From an uncultured Gammaproteobacteria bacterium (GTDB taxonomy: Bacteria > Pseudomonadota > Gammaproteobacteria > Pseudomonadales > Azotimanducaceae): a stretch of DNA of 50,130 nucleotides. The notes beneath the pieces were generated by a model. That model was given only the letters and a program-made list of their open reading frames with translations, ran no database searches and had not been told where the DNA came from. The stretch spans positions 1 to 50,130 of the forward strand of contig CAJYCI010000001.1 of the NCBI GenBank assembly GCA_913428515.1, written 5' to 3'. Position numbers and translations under genes: made by a program. How positions within the stretch are numbered: the first letter of the stretch is position 1; each line of letters starts with the position of its first letter. This document shows positions 10,702-20,663 of the stretch, piece by piece.

Positions 10702-11153
10702 TTCTCTTCTATGATAGAGAGAAGAGATTTCTGTGTTTGTGGTCCGATCAAAGTAGCCAACAATTCTCTGTTTGGCCCGAAAACTAACGTAGTCGGCAGA
10801 ACCTCTGGTGTTTTTATCCCGAAATCACCAGAGGGGTCCCTCCTATATGTGGGGAAGCCAATGTTCATTAGTTTAGCTTGCTCTGCCATAACATGGGGTT
10901 CGGGCTGATCAAAATTTACGCCAAAGACAGCTACGTTTTCATAATCATCTTGAAGGGCTTGTAATTCGGGAATCTCGTGCTTACACGGCGCACACCAAAT
11001 CGCCCAATAATTTACAATCTGATAACGACCCTCTAAATCAGAATACCGGTATCCGTTATCTTCTAAATCGTAGAAGTCGAATTCGCTCTTTTGACAAGCG
11101 GATACAGTGAAAATAGCCGCAAGGAGCAAAAAACTTCGAAAACTAAGATTCAT
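10698..11153 (-). CDS. TlpA/thioredoxin-like thiol-disulfide oxidoreductase lipoprotein
   Basis: 151 aa with signal peptide plus lipobox (FTVSAC) and the active site WAIWCAPCKHE. Its stop overlaps the proS stop. Confidence 0.75.
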   Translation of the reverse strand: MNLSFRSFLLLAAIFTVSACQKSEFDFYDLEDNGYRYSDLEGRYQIVNYWAIWCAPCKHEIPELQALQDDYENVAVFGVNFDQPEPHVMAEQAKLMNIGFPTYRRDPSGDFGIKTPEVLPTTLVFGPNRELLATLIGPQTQKSLLSIIEEN

Positions 11154-11195
11154 TTTTAACTCTTTTCGCTAGCGAAGGTCTTTTGAAAAAAAGAA

Positions 11196-11561
11196 TCAAT
11201 GAACTATTTTACTTTGCATCGAATCGTAGCTGAGACTCTCTTTATCATGCTCACCTATCTCGGAATCATCGCCACTGGATCTAACTTCGTAGCGACGCGT
11301 AGCAACCTCACCATCCAATATCTCTGGAAGTTGGCCTAAAAAAATTTTCATGTGATCTGTCTCCCAATGATTCTCTAGCGCTTCGACCGAGCTCCATTCT
11401 TGGAACAATAGAACTAAATTAGGGTTAGATAACCCGACATAAAACTCATAGGTAACACAACCAGACTCTCTTCGACTAAATCTTGCCATGTCCTGCATTT
11501 TTCTTATTGCTTCTGCCCTGCCCTCAGATTTTATTGGGAAAGAGCCATGTATAATAATCAT
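11196..11561 (-). CDS. antibiotic-biosynthesis-monooxygenase (ABM) domain protein
   Basis: 121 aa. The ferredoxin-like ABM pattern (IIIHGSF.IK..., CVTYEFY...LVLLFQEWSS.EALE.H..T.H) is recognised by eye. Confidence 0.65.
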   Translation of the reverse strand: MIIIHGSFPIKSEGRAEAIRKMQDMARFSRRESGCVTYEFYVGLSNPNLVLLFQEWSSVEALENHWETDHMKIFLGQLPEILDGEVATRRYEVRSSGDDSEIGEHDKESLSYDSMQSKIVH

Positions 11562-11574
11562 TCAGTTCTTATTT

Positions 11575-11594
11575 AAAAAAGCCTCAAAAGAGGC
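11575..11594 (-). terminator. intrinsic terminator after the SDR gene
   Basis: The minus strand reads AGCCUC-UUUU-GAGGCU followed by UUUUUU. It lies about 50 nt downstream of the SDR stop. Confidence 0.6.
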
Positions 11595-11643
11595 TGGATT
11601 ATAAGAGTTCAAGAATATCTAAGGCAAGACGAAAATATTTCTT

Positions 11644-12396
11644 TTAATCTCGGTGAACTAAAAAGGGTGCCCAGGCTTGCGCGACAGGCATAAGCTCAAT
11701 CTGGTTGACGTTGACATGCGCGGGCATCGAGCAAATCCAAAAAACGGTCTCTGCTACATCCTCCGCGCTCAGTGCGTTCATGGACTGATAAACCGCTTTT
11801 GCCTTTTCGTGATTGCCATCAAACCTAACCAGAGAAAATTCCGTTTCGCTCATCCCAGGTTCGACGAGGGAAACTCTTATATTTTTTCCAGAAAGATCGC
11901 TGCGTAAATTCCTCGAGAATTGCTGAACGAAAGCTTTCGTGCCCCCATAAACGTTCCCACCTGGATATGGCCAAGAGCCTGCGACCGAACCAATATTGAT
12001 GATTTGTCCATGCCCTCGACGAACCATGCCTGGAAGTATAGTCCTCGTTAGATAAATCAGTCCTTTAATATTGGTATCCACCATAACTTCCCAATCTTTT
12101 AAAGAAGCCTCGTCCGCAGGACCTAAACCTAGGGCTAGACCAGCGTTATTTACTAAAACATCTATAGTTTTAAACGTTAAAGGCAGATTCGATAACGCGT
12201 TTTCTACCTCCTCATTATCGCGGACATCTGCACATATAAACTGACATTTATTCTCACCGCCCAATTGATTAGCAAGATCTATCAATTTTTCTCTTCTGCG
12301 AGCCAGGAGTACTAGACGATATCCACCCGAGGAAAATTTTCGAGCCATAGCCTCTCCAAAGCCTGAGGAAGCGCCTGTGATAAAGATAGTTTTCAT
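11644..12396 (-). CDS. SDR-family NADP-dependent oxidoreductase (YdfG-like)
   Basis: 250 aa with TGASSGFG cofactor motif, NNAG and catalytic YGGTKAF (YxxxK). Confidence 0.85.
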   Translation of the reverse strand: MKTIFITGASSGFGEAMARKFSSGGYRLVLLARRREKLIDLANQLGGENKCQFICADVRDNEEVENALSNLPLTFKTIDVLVNNAGLALGLGPADEASLKDWEVMVDTNIKGLIYLTRTILPGMVRRGHGQIINIGSVAGSWPYPGGNVYGGTKAFVQQFSRNLRSDLSGKNIRVSLVEPGMSETEFSLVRFDGNHEKAKAVYQSMNALSAEDVAETVFWICSMPAHVNVNQIELMPVAQAWAPFLVHRD

Positions 12397-12456
12397 TGTT
12401 TTTTTAAACCATTAGTTTCTCGCCGCAGAGATATGCGTCCCCATTTAAAGGACTTA

Positions 12457-13590
12457 TTACGATTGCGACACCACCTCGCTATTTACGAGAGCTGTGATTT
12501 GCTCCGCATTGAAACCCGCAGATTCAAGTATAGATACTGAATCTTCACCCGCTATTCTGGATCCATGACGGATGCTGGCTTTTGACTTAGAAAATCTAGG
12601 AGCAGGAGCAGGCTGAAGAATCCCATCCAGTTCAGTAAAAGACTCCCGAAAAATATTATGTGGATGAGTATTGACCTCCCCGAGCTCTAAAACTGGCCCA
12701 AAGCATACATCAGTTCCCTCCATTATTCCGCACCACTCATCCCTACTTCTTGTCTTGAAGACCTTCTCAAGTTCGCCTCGAAGCTCTTGCCACTTTTTAG
12801 AATTCATTTGATCTGAAAACTTCGCTACCTCGACCCCCGTTTTCTCGAGAAGAAGAGCATAAAATTGAGGCTCTATTGAACCAAGGCTTATGTATTTTCC
12901 GTCTGATGTCTCATACGTTCCGTAAAAATGAGCGCCTCCGTCTAAAAGGTTCGTCCCACGATTAGCTTTGAAAGCTCCAGATGCCCTCATACTAAAAAAC
13001 ATGGACATTAAAGAAGCAGCACCGTCTACCATCGCTGCATCAACCACTTGACCCTTGCCAGACGATTTTGCCTCAAGAAGTGCACAAACCATGCCGAAGG
13101 CAAGGTACAAGGCACCGCCCCCAAAGTCACCAACTAGATTCAAAGGTGGCACCGGTTTTTGGTCTTTTTCACCGATGGCATGAAGCGCCCCAACCAATGA
13201 TATATAATTTATGTCGTGGCCGGCGGCTTGAGACATGGGTCCCTCTTGTCCCCATCCAGTCATCCTTCCATAAACCAGGCGCCCATTTCGCGCCATACAT
13301 TCATCCGGACCAATACCCAGACGTTCAGTAACTCCTGGCCTGAAACCCTCAAATATCGCGTCCGCTGACTCACAGAGTTGCAATACGACTTCTTTTCCAT
13401 CGTTGGATTTCAAATCTAGAGCGATCGATTTGCGCCCACGAGTCAAAACATCATTAACACGGTCCTTTCTCTTGGGAATACGATCCACTCTAACAACTTC
13501 TGCTCCCATGTCAGACAAGAGCATCCCACAAAAGGGTCCAGGCCCAATGCCAGCTAATTCTATGATTTTTATCCCGCTGAGTGGTCCCAC
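12457..13590 (-). CDS. family III CoA-transferase (CaiB/BaiF, alpha-methylacyl-CoA racemase-like)
   Basis: 377 aa starting [35 protein letters not shown], with ...LVGDFGGG, typical of the family. Confidence 0.85.
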   Translation of the reverse strand: MGPLSGIKIIELAGIGPGPFCGMLLSDMGAEVVRVDRIPKRKDRVNDVLTRGRKSIALDLKSNDGKEVVLQLCESADAIFEGFRPGVTERLGIGPDECMARNGRLVYGRMTGWGQEGPMSQAAGHDINYISLVGALHAIGEKDQKPVPPLNLVGDFGGGALYLAFGMVCALLEAKSSGKGQVVDAAMVDGAASLMSMFFSMRASGAFKANRGTNLLDGGAHFYGTYETSDGKYISLGSIEPQFYALLLEKTGVEVAKFSDQMNSKKWQELRGELEKVFKTRSRDEWCGIMEGTDVCFGPVLELGEVNTHPHNIFRESFTELDGILQPAPAPRFSKSKASIRHGSRIAGEDSVSILESAGFNAEQITALVNSEVVSQS

Positions 13591-13715
13591 TTCTTGTCTC
13601 CCTTAATGAATATAAAGGTATTTAGTCATATCCTGAAATCAAGGGCAAATTTTGGTTGATGCTGAAGACAGCAAGATTAGTTATTATTAAATGTCATTTT
13701 CCTTGAGAGCTTTAA

Positions 13716-14372
13716 ATGAAATTGATTGACCACATAGAAGTAGGAAGCGTCGAGGAACCTCAGTTCTCTGTAATATGGCTACATGGTTTCGGAGCCGACG
13801 GACATGATTTCGAGGCAATATTACCGGAGTTAAAGATTCCTTTAGGTTTAAATATCAGATTTATATTTCCTCACGCACCTTTCAGAAGTCCAGTCCCCGA
13901 TAGCGACGAAAAAATTAGGGCTTGGTATAGCATCTCATCTAATTCTGAAAGCACTGGTAAAGAAATTGGGGAATCATCCAAAGAAATAAGACTACTCATC
14001 GAAGCAGAGGAAGAAAAAGGAATAAGGCCAGAGAACATAATTTTAGCGGGGTTTTCTCAAGGTGGCGTGATAGCAATTCATACCGGGCTTCGGTATGAAA
14101 AAAGAATAGGAGGGATACTTGCTCTTTCTACTTATCTAAACGACTTTGATAATACCCAAGCAGAAATGAGCGATGAAAATCTAGCTATTCCTGTAATGCT
14201 AGCGCACGGCCGTTATGACCCTGTGATCCCCATCGTCCGCGGCGCCACATCAAGAGAAAACCTAATCAGGCTGGGACTAGATGTACGGTGGTTTGATTAT
14301 CAGATGGCCCATGAGGTTTGCAGGGAAGAAATAATCGACATAACAGCTTTTTTTGTGGAAGTTTTTCAATAG
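13716..14372 (+). CDS. alpha/beta-hydrolase carboxylesterase/phospholipase
   Basis: 218 aa with nucleophile elbow GFSQGG, a conserved HG..D segment and a C-terminal H. Abhydrolase_2-like length. Confidence 0.85.
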   Translation: MKLIDHIEVGSVEEPQFSVIWLHGFGADGHDFEAILPELKIPLGLNIRFIFPHAPFRSPVPDSDEKIRAWYSISSNSESTGKEIGESSKEIRLLIEAEEEKGIRPENIILAGFSQGGVIAIHTGLRYEKRIGGILALSTYLNDFDNTQAEMSDENLAIPVMLAHGRYDPVIPIVRGATSRENLIRLGLDVRWFDYQMAHEVCREEIIDITAFFVEVFQ

Positions 14373-14956
14373 TGAATCACTGGAACTTAAAACTCTCCGC
14401 CACTTCCTTTGAATGGCTGCAATCCGTCCAGAATAATTTTGACGCATTCTTAATTGATCATGCACTCAACGAGAGAAAAGCTTCCGCAAGCGCGATGACA
14501 CTCGTAGCTCATTACCCGGATAGAGCTGAGCTTGTTGAAGTTATGATCGAATTAGCAATAGAAGAGCTCAATCATTTCAAGCAGGTAATGAGAATCATTG
14601 CTTCAAGAGACTTGATTATCGAAAACGAAAAAAAAGATCCCTACGTCAACGAGCTACGACGACATATGAAAAAAAGTGACAGCGGGGCCTATTTGTTAGA
14701 TCGCTTACTTTCAGGAGCGGTCATAGAAGCAAGAGGCGAAGAAAGATTTAGTCTGCTCGCAGAGAATCTTTCAGACCAAGCATTAAGAGGTTTTTATGCG
14801 CGGATATCGGCGTCAGAGGCGAGGCACTTTTGCCTTTTTCTAGATCTAGCTGATAAGTACTTTCATCGAAAAACGGTCGAAGACAGGCTTTCAGAGTGGA
14901 TAGAAATAGAAAAACTGGCTATTGAGTCCCTGCCTATCACCAATCGCCTGCATTAA
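14372..14956 (+). CDS. miaE: tRNA-(ms2io6A)-hydroxylase MiaE (ferritin-like di-iron)
   Basis: The FLIDHALNERKASASAM...IEELNHF...IEARGEERF...ASEARH pattern carries the ExxH-type di-iron ligands of MiaE. The track start at 14318 overlaps the esterase. An in-frame GTG at 14372 overlaps the esterase stop (TAGTG) and gives MNHWNLKLSATS... Confidence 0.8.
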   Translation: MNHWNLKLSATSFEWLQSVQNNFDAFLIDHALNERKASASAMTLVAHYPDRAELVEVMIELAIEELNHFKQVMRIIASRDLIIENEKKDPYVNELRRHMKKSDSGAYLLDRLLSGAVIEARGEERFSLLAENLSDQALRGFYARISASEARHFCLFLDLADKYFHRKTVEDRLSEWIEIEKLAIESLPITNRLH

Positions 14957-16193
14957 AAAACAGGTGTCCAAATATCTAGAAAAATATCTAGCTACCTACG
15001 GCTCCCCGCAAGCAAAGTTTGCTGATTTTGATCGAACCTGGAGTAATGTAATAGTCATCCCGGCATACCAAGAAGAAGCTTCAGAGATAATTCAAAATCT
15101 TGCTTTGATAGCTTGTAGTGGAAAATTTCTTGTCATTGTCGTTGCCAATAGTTACGTGGCAGCTGATGAACAAACTCGAGCTATGGCGGATGATTTGGCG
15201 AAAGGTGTTCCAAAGACGCGGATATCAGATGAAACCTATCTTTTAACCCATGAAAAATACGATATTCTGATTGTTGATTGTTTTTCTGAATCACGCCTCT
15301 TGAAAGAAAAAGAGGGAGTCGGGGCAGCAAGAAAAATTGGATGCGATATTGCCCTTAGGCTAATAGCATCGAAAAAAATAAGAAGCCAATGGATTTACTC
15401 TTCTGATGCAGATGCGTCACTTCCTGAGAACTATTTTCAATCTAAGATAGAACAAGACAATGTAGCGACGATTTTTTCCTTCTCACATACTTATGCTTCT
15501 GAGATTTCAAAGGCCATGCTTCTCTATGAAGTCAAGCTGCTCTACTATACAGCTGGTTTGGTAAGCGCAAACTCTCCCTACGCCTATCTGCCTTTAGGTT
15601 CTTGCTTACGCTTCTCCGCCGAAGGCTATGCTAAGACACGGGGATTCCGGAAAATCAATGCGGGCGAGGACTTTTATTTGCTCAACAAGCTCCGAAAAAT
15701 CGGAAAGGTGCTGTCTGACAAAGAGATAAAAATCTCCCTCAGAGGAAGGCTTTCGGAGCGAACGCCAATTGGCACAGGTCAGGGGACAAGAAAAATCTTA
15801 ACTGATTTGATGCAAGGAGAGGTTGTGCTATTTGAAAACCCAGAGTGCTTTCACCAATTAAAACTTGTGATCGATATGATAGAACAACTAGCGTCGGACC
15901 AACGAAAAGAACTAATTTTTCCAAACGAAAAAATACAAACTTATTTGCAGAGAATTCAATTTTCAGAACACTATTATACGAAACGCGAGCAAAACCCTTC
16001 GTATTTAGTTATGAAAAAACATCTCCACGATTGGTTCGACGCACTGAAAACTAGGCAGTTTATAAAGCACCTGCAAGATACCTATTATTATGGAGTCCCC
16101 GTTGAAAGACTCGGAGACGCATTTTTTCTTCGCTGTGAAAATGAATCTAAGGCGATCATAAAAGAATGCTCAAAACAAATTTTCGGTAGCTGA
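14922..16193 (+). CDS. uncharacterised GT-A (family 2-like) glycosyltransferase-fold protein
   Basis: 423 aa with VIVIPAYQEE, GVGAARKIGCDIA and SSDADASLP (DxD-like), which resemble GT2 motifs. The C-terminal 150 aa are unassigned. The start is uncertain: TTG at 14922 overlaps miaE by 35 nt, and GTG at 14964 is an alternative. Confidence 0.5.
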   Translation: MSPCLSPIACIKKQVSKYLEKYLATYGSPQAKFADFDRTWSNVIVIPAYQEEASEIIQNLALIACSGKFLVIVVANSYVAADEQTRAMADDLAKGVPKTRISDETYLLTHEKYDILIVDCFSESRLLKEKEGVGAARKIGCDIALRLIASKKIRSQWIYSSDADASLPENYFQSKIEQDNVATIFSFSHTYASEISKAMLLYEVKLLYYTAGLVSANSPYAYLPLGSCLRFSAEGYAKTRGFRKINAGEDFYLLNKLRKIGKVLSDKEIKISLRGRLSERTPIGTGQGTRKILTDLMQGEVVLFENPECFHQLKLVIDMIEQLASDQRKELIFPNEKIQTYLQRIQFSEHYYTKREQNPSYLVMKKHLHDWFDALKTRQFIKHLQDTYYYGVPVERLGDAFFLRCENESKAIIKECSKQIFGS

Positions 16194-16239
16194 TGGATTA
16201 GGTGTTAAACTAAAACTCTGCAGACAAAAGTTTAAACGC

Positions 16240-17181
16240 ATGTACCAAATATTTATTGACGGAAAAGAAGGCACCACGGGGCTCCAAATATTTGAAAGGC
16301 TTCGGGTGATGGATGACATTGAGATCCTTCAGCTTGACTCACAAAAAAGAAAGAACGAAGCAGAAAAACGTGAGGTTATAAGAGAGGCAGATTTAGTAGT
16401 TCTTTGCTTGCCCGATGAAATGTCCAAAAAAGTTGTGCAAGCAAATTCAGATATGTCTGTTAAGGTTATCGACGCTAGCACAGCGTTTAGAACAGATCCT
16501 AATTGGACTTACGGACTCCCAGAGCTATCGACATCACAAGCAGAAGAGATAAGAAATGCAGAGTACGTTTCTAATCCTGGTTGCTATCCGACTGGATTTA
16601 TAATGCTAATCAAGCCTCTTATAGAGCAGGGGATTCTGAAAAAAAATAGTGTTTTGAATATTAGCGCAATTTCTGGCTACAGCGGTGGAGGACGAAAATT
16701 AATTGAGCGCTATGATGGATTTAACTCAGAAAAAGTTTCGGCAAGGCCCTACGGGCTTAATATGGTACACAAACACTTACCCGAAATGACTAAATATTCA
16801 GGACTCCTATCTGAACCACTTTTTTTACCCATAGTGGCAAATTTTTACCAAGGAATGACGGTGAGCGTTCCACTGCAGCGAGGAATGTTTATAGAGAAAG
16901 TCTCTATCAAAAATGTGCATGAAGTATTAAGTAACGCATACGAACCAAATAAAAATATAACAGTCTTTGGATTAAATGATGAGGAACAATTACAAGATGG
17001 ATTCCTCAATCCTCATATTGTTAAAGGTACGGATCGCCAAGAAATTTTCATTTATGGACACGACGAACAAATGGTCTTGATCTCTCGCTTGGACAACCTA
17101 GGGAAGGGGGCATCAGGCGCAGCCATTCAGAATCTTAATTTAATGCTGGGTTTTCCAGAATATAGGGGTCTAGCGATATGA
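16240..17181 (+). CDS. argC: N-acetyl-gamma-glutamyl-phosphate reductase, short type-2 form
   Basis: 313 aa starting IFIDGKEGTTGLQI, with active-site NPGCYPTG and the C-terminal DNLGKGASGAAIQNLN. Confidence 0.9.
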   Translation: MYQIFIDGKEGTTGLQIFERLRVMDDIEILQLDSQKRKNEAEKREVIREADLVVLCLPDEMSKKVVQANSDMSVKVIDASTAFRTDPNWTYGLPELSTSQAEEIRNAEYVSNPGCYPTGFIMLIKPLIEQGILKKNSVLNISAISGYSGGGRKLIERYDGFNSEKVSARPYGLNMVHKHLPEMTKYSGLLSEPLFLPIVANFYQGMTVSVPLQRGMFIEKVSIKNVHEVLSNAYEPNKNITVFGLNDEEQLQDGFLNPHIVKGTDRQEIFIYGHDEQMVLISRLDNLGKGASGAAIQNLNLMLGFPEYRGLAI

Positions 17182-18407
17182 ATAAGTCCACAAGGGATTA
17201 CGATAATCTCTTATCAGAATTTTTAGAATTTAAGGAGGAGAAGCTTGAGCTCGATCTGACTCGAGGGAAACCTTCTCCTGAGCAACTTGATCTCTCGAAT
17301 TGTCTAGACGGGATACTCGATGGAAATTTTCAATTGAGAAATGGCGCCGACGCTCGAAATTACGGCGGAATTCTGGGAATTCCTGAAGCACGCGAATTAG
17401 GAGCAGAAATACTTGGTTCGCAACCAAAAAATACAATGGTCGGAGGAAACAGCAGCCTAAACCTCATGTATCATTTCGTGGCTAGCAAGGTCAAAACATG
17501 GGGAGAAGGCTCCAAGTTTATCTGTTTAACTCCAGGTTACGATAGACATTTCACAATTTGCGAATATTTTGGCATCTCAATGCTTAGTATACCGCTTACT
17601 AATAGCGGGCCCGATATGGAAAAAATTGAGAAGGAAGTAAGAGCGGACCAGTCCATAAAGGGTATATGGTGCGTACCTAAATATTCAAATCCAACCGGAC
17701 ATACATACTCTGACGAGGTCGTTAAGCGAATAGCTGCTTTGCCGAAGATCGCGGCGGAAGATTTTTTCGTATTTTGGGATAACGCCTATGTTGTCCACGA
17801 TTTACAAAGCAATGAAGATAAACTCTATAACTTCTCTAGGGCAACTGAAAACCAAGGCACGTCGGATAGTGGGCTAGTCTTCGCTTCAACTTCTAAAATA
17901 ACCTTTGCTGGCGCGGGTATATCTTTTCTTAGCACCGGAGATAAAACTCTTTCTGCTTTTGAAAAGTATCTCTCCATGCAAATGATTGGGTTCGATAAAG
18001 TCAATCAGCTTCGCCACGTAAAGCTTCTTAAAAACCTTGAAGAAACCAAACAGTTAATGGCGAAACACCAAAAGGTTTTAAAACCCAAATTCGATCTCGT
18101 GCTAGCCACGCTGGAGAAGAAATTAGGCAACTCCAAAGTAGCCCAGTGGACTCGTCCTAAGGGTGGTTATTTCATCTCGCTCGACACACTCCCTGGGCTA
18201 GCCAAAAGAACAGTGCGGCTAGCACTTGAGCTCGGAGTTCGCTTAACCCCTGCTGGAGCTACTTTCCCTTACGGAAAAGATCCAGATGATTCCAACATCA
18301 GAATCGCTCCCTCTTACCCCCAACTAGAGGAGCTTAAAAAAGCTGTAAATGTTTTGGGAACCTGCATTCTGCTGGCAAAAGCCGAATCAGACAACAGGGA
18401 AGGATAA
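17178..18407 (+). CDS. class I PLP aminotransferase, AspT/class Ic aspartate aminotransferase-like
   Basis: 409 aa with LDLTRGKPSPEQLDL, PGYDRHF, KYSNPTG, WDNAY and STSKITFAGAG (PLP lysine). This is colinear with the Corynebacterium-type AspT as I recall it. Overlaps argC by 4 nt. Confidence 0.8.
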   Translation: MNKSTRDYDNLLSEFLEFKEEKLELDLTRGKPSPEQLDLSNCLDGILDGNFQLRNGADARNYGGILGIPEARELGAEILGSQPKNTMVGGNSSLNLMYHFVASKVKTWGEGSKFICLTPGYDRHFTICEYFGISMLSIPLTNSGPDMEKIEKEVRADQSIKGIWCVPKYSNPTGHTYSDEVVKRIAALPKIAAEDFFVFWDNAYVVHDLQSNEDKLYNFSRATENQGTSDSGLVFASTSKITFAGAGISFLSTGDKTLSAFEKYLSMQMIGFDKVNQLRHVKLLKNLEETKQLMAKHQKVLKPKFDLVLATLEKKLGNSKVAQWTRPKGGYFISLDTLPGLAKRTVRLALELGVRLTPAGATFPYGKDPDDSNIRIAPSYPQLEELKKAVNVLGTCILLAKAESDNREG

Positions 18408-18408
18408 A

Positions 18409-19563
18409 ATGGATGAGTCTAGTATGAGTTTCAGTAACTTCGGACTTCCGAAAGAGATAAACGGTGCAATAAAAGATCTAGGTTACAAGGCACCAACTCC
18501 TATTCAAGCGCAAACTCTCCCCCACTCCTTAAATGGGGAAGATATAATCGGCCAAGCACAGACGGGAACCGGGAAAACCGCTGCTTTCCTAATCTCCATT
18601 CTAACCTACGAGCTAGAGAATCCTCCCGAGGAAGATCGCCCACCAGGATCTCCTTTTGCTCTCATAATAGCCCCTACTCGAGAATTAGTTTTACAAATAC
18701 AAAAAGATGCAGAAGGCTTGGCAAAGCGCACCAACATAAACTCATTAGCGCTAGTTGGAGGAATCGACTATGAAAAGCAGAAAATCAAACTAACTAAGAG
18801 GGTTGATATAGTAATTGCCACACCGGGGAGACTTTTAGATTTTGCTAGATCGCGCAACATAGATTTATCTAATATAGAAATCCTTGTAATCGATGAAGCC
18901 GATAGAATGTTGAGTATGGGATTTATCCCAGACGTAAAATCGATAATAGCAAAAACACCAAATAAGACTTGCAGGCAGACGCAATTGTTTAGTGCTACTT
19001 ACACGCAGGATATAAGACGATTAGCTGCGCAATGGACTCTGAACCCAATAAAAGTAGACATAGCACCTGAAAATATAGCGGTGAAGACTGTTGAGCAAAA
19101 AGCGTTTCATGTTGCGGAGCAGGAAAAATATCAATTGCTCAAAAATCTTATCAATCAGTATGACATGTTAAGGGTCCTTATTTTCGTCAATAGAAGAGAT
19201 TCTGCTCGAGAACTCGAGCGTAAGATAACGAGAGATAATTTTATCTGCGGATTATTAGCGGGAGACGTGCCGCAACGAAAAAGGATCAAAACCTTAGAAA
19301 AATTTCGGTCAGGAGAAATAAAAATTCTAGTAGCGACTGACGTAGCTGGCAGAGGCATACATATAGACAATATAAGCCATGTGATTAATTTCAATCTGCC
19401 GGAAGATCCCGAAGACTACGTGCACAGAATAGGACGCACTGGTCGAGCGGGTTCGGAAGGAGTATCCATTTCTTTAGTTTGCGAAACCGATGCTTTTTCT
19501 CTGCCGGCAATTGAAGAGATGCTAGGGGAAAAACTAAATTTCGAGCAACCCCCTCAATTCTGA
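18409..19563 (+). CDS. DEAD-box ATP-dependent RNA helicase
   Basis: Q-motif (F..FGL...GY..PTPIQ), AQTGTGKT, DEAD (VIDEADRM), SAT and HRIGRTGRAG are all present. The track start at 18349 lies inside the upstream gene. ATG at 18409 follows AGGGAAGGA and gives 384 aa. Confidence 0.9.
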   Translation: MDESSMSFSNFGLPKEINGAIKDLGYKAPTPIQAQTLPHSLNGEDIIGQAQTGTGKTAAFLISILTYELENPPEEDRPPGSPFALIIAPTRELVLQIQKDAEGLAKRTNINSLALVGGIDYEKQKIKLTKRVDIVIATPGRLLDFARSRNIDLSNIEILVIDEADRMLSMGFIPDVKSIIAKTPNKTCRQTQLFSATYTQDIRRLAAQWTLNPIKVDIAPENIAVKTVEQKAFHVAEQEKYQLLKNLINQYDMLRVLIFVNRRDSARELERKITRDNFICGLLAGDVPQRKRIKTLEKFRSGEIKILVATDVAGRGIHIDNISHVINFNLPEDPEDYVHRIGRTGRAGSEGVSISLVCETDAFSLPAIEEMLGEKLNFEQPPQF

Positions 19564-19579
19564 ACATTCTCATAACTAA

Positions 19580-20206
19580 CTATTTCGGACTTGATTTTAA
19601 ATTATCCCAGGTATTCCAGTAGGTAACATCTTCAGCTGACTTTCGGTCCGCGGGTCTCAGGACTGCTCCAAGAGTGTAAGCAGCAGGAAACATCACCGTC
19701 TGAGTAACGCCCTCAGGAATGTTTAAAATCTTTGCGATTTCAGCTGATTTCGATGTTAACAATGAGGTCCAGGTAGTACCGATACCACGAGCTCGCATCG
19801 CCACCATCATTGACCATGCAGCAGGAAGTATAGATCCATAGAAACCCACTTGCTCACTGACAGAATCTCCTGGCTCCCCTATCGCCAGAACAAAAATCAT
19901 ACAGGGTATCTCGTGTAATCTATCCATTAATGCGAGATGCGAGCTTTTTAGAGCAATTCCTCTGGTCTTGCTGATCTCTAAAAGGATCTGGCGATACAAT
20001 TTAGCTATATCAGATTTCCGCTTCTTGTCGGTCAAGATCAAGAACCGCCAATTTTCGCCGATAATTCCTGTAGGCGCCTGAACTGCCGCATTTATACATG
20101 CGATTAAATCGTCTTCGCTGATTGGCCTTGAGTAATCCAGTTTTTTTCGAACTGATCGGGTGGAGCTAAGAACAAATTCGATATCGTTTTTATTTAGATT
20201 CTCCAT
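19580..20206 (-). CDS. nitroreductase-family flavoprotein
   Basis: Starts MENLNKNDIEFVLSSTRSVRKKLDYSRPI..., with ...NAAVQAPTG...NWRFL, typical of the nitroreductase fold. The track start at 20344 adds 46 implausible residues that overlap the divergent gene. Confidence 0.8.
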   Translation of the reverse strand: MENLNKNDIEFVLSSTRSVRKKLDYSRPISEDDLIACINAAVQAPTGIIGENWRFLILTDKKRKSDIAKLYRQILLEISKTRGIALKSSHLALMDRLHEIPCMIFVLAIGEPGDSVSEQVGFYGSILPAAWSMMVAMRARGIGTTWTSLLTSKSAEIAKILNIPEGVTQTVMFPAAYTLGAVLRPADRKSAEDVTYWNTWDNLKSSPK

Positions 20207-20273
20207 GTTATCGCGCCATGTTCCTCGAAAAATGTGTATCATAATGTTTGCAGTCAAAAACAGCACCTTTTCT

Positions 20274-20663
20274 ATGTCTAAAAAATATGAACTTTTTCCC
20301 TCCGTAAATGTTCTAGGTGAAGAACTAAAACCCTGTGGGAACAATCCAGTTACAGGTTTTTTTAGAGATGGCTTTTGTAATACGTGTACAGAGGACTTGG
20401 GGTCTCACACGGTTTGTGTAGAGGTTTCGAATGGTTTTTTGGAATACTCAAAAGAGGTAGGCAATGATTTATCTACTCCAATCCAGCTTGCTCGATTTCC
20501 CGGGTTAACCCAAGGCGATCGTTGGTGTTTATGCGCTGGAAGGTGGCTGGAAGCTTATAAGGAGGGCAAGGCCCCAAAGATTTTCTTGGAAAATACCCAC
20601 ATCGACGCGATAAAAATTATCCCTCTGGAATTATTAGAAGAATTCGCTGTTCAAATTAATTAA
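20274..20663 (+). CDS. DUF2237-family protein
   Basis: 129 aa from ATG 20274 with VLGEELKPCG.NPVTGFFRDGFC.T...D.GSHTVC...GNDLSTP...FPGL..GDRWCLCA.RW.EA, the DUF2237 pattern. Confidence 0.8.
   Translation: MSKKYELFPSVNVLGEELKPCGNNPVTGFFRDGFCNTCTEDLGSHTVCVEVSNGFLEYSKEVGNDLSTPIQLARFPGLTQGDRWCLCAGRWLEAYKEGKAPKIFLENTHIDAIKIIPLELLEEFAVQIN

Noticed and set aside
14318-20344. Long N-terminal extensions in the track for miaE (14318), the DEAD helicase (18349), the nitroreductase (20344) and DUF2237 (20160)
   Set aside because: The extensions overlap neighbouring genes and add non-homologous residues. Downstream in-frame starts (14372, 18409, 20206, 20274) restore family-typical N-termini.
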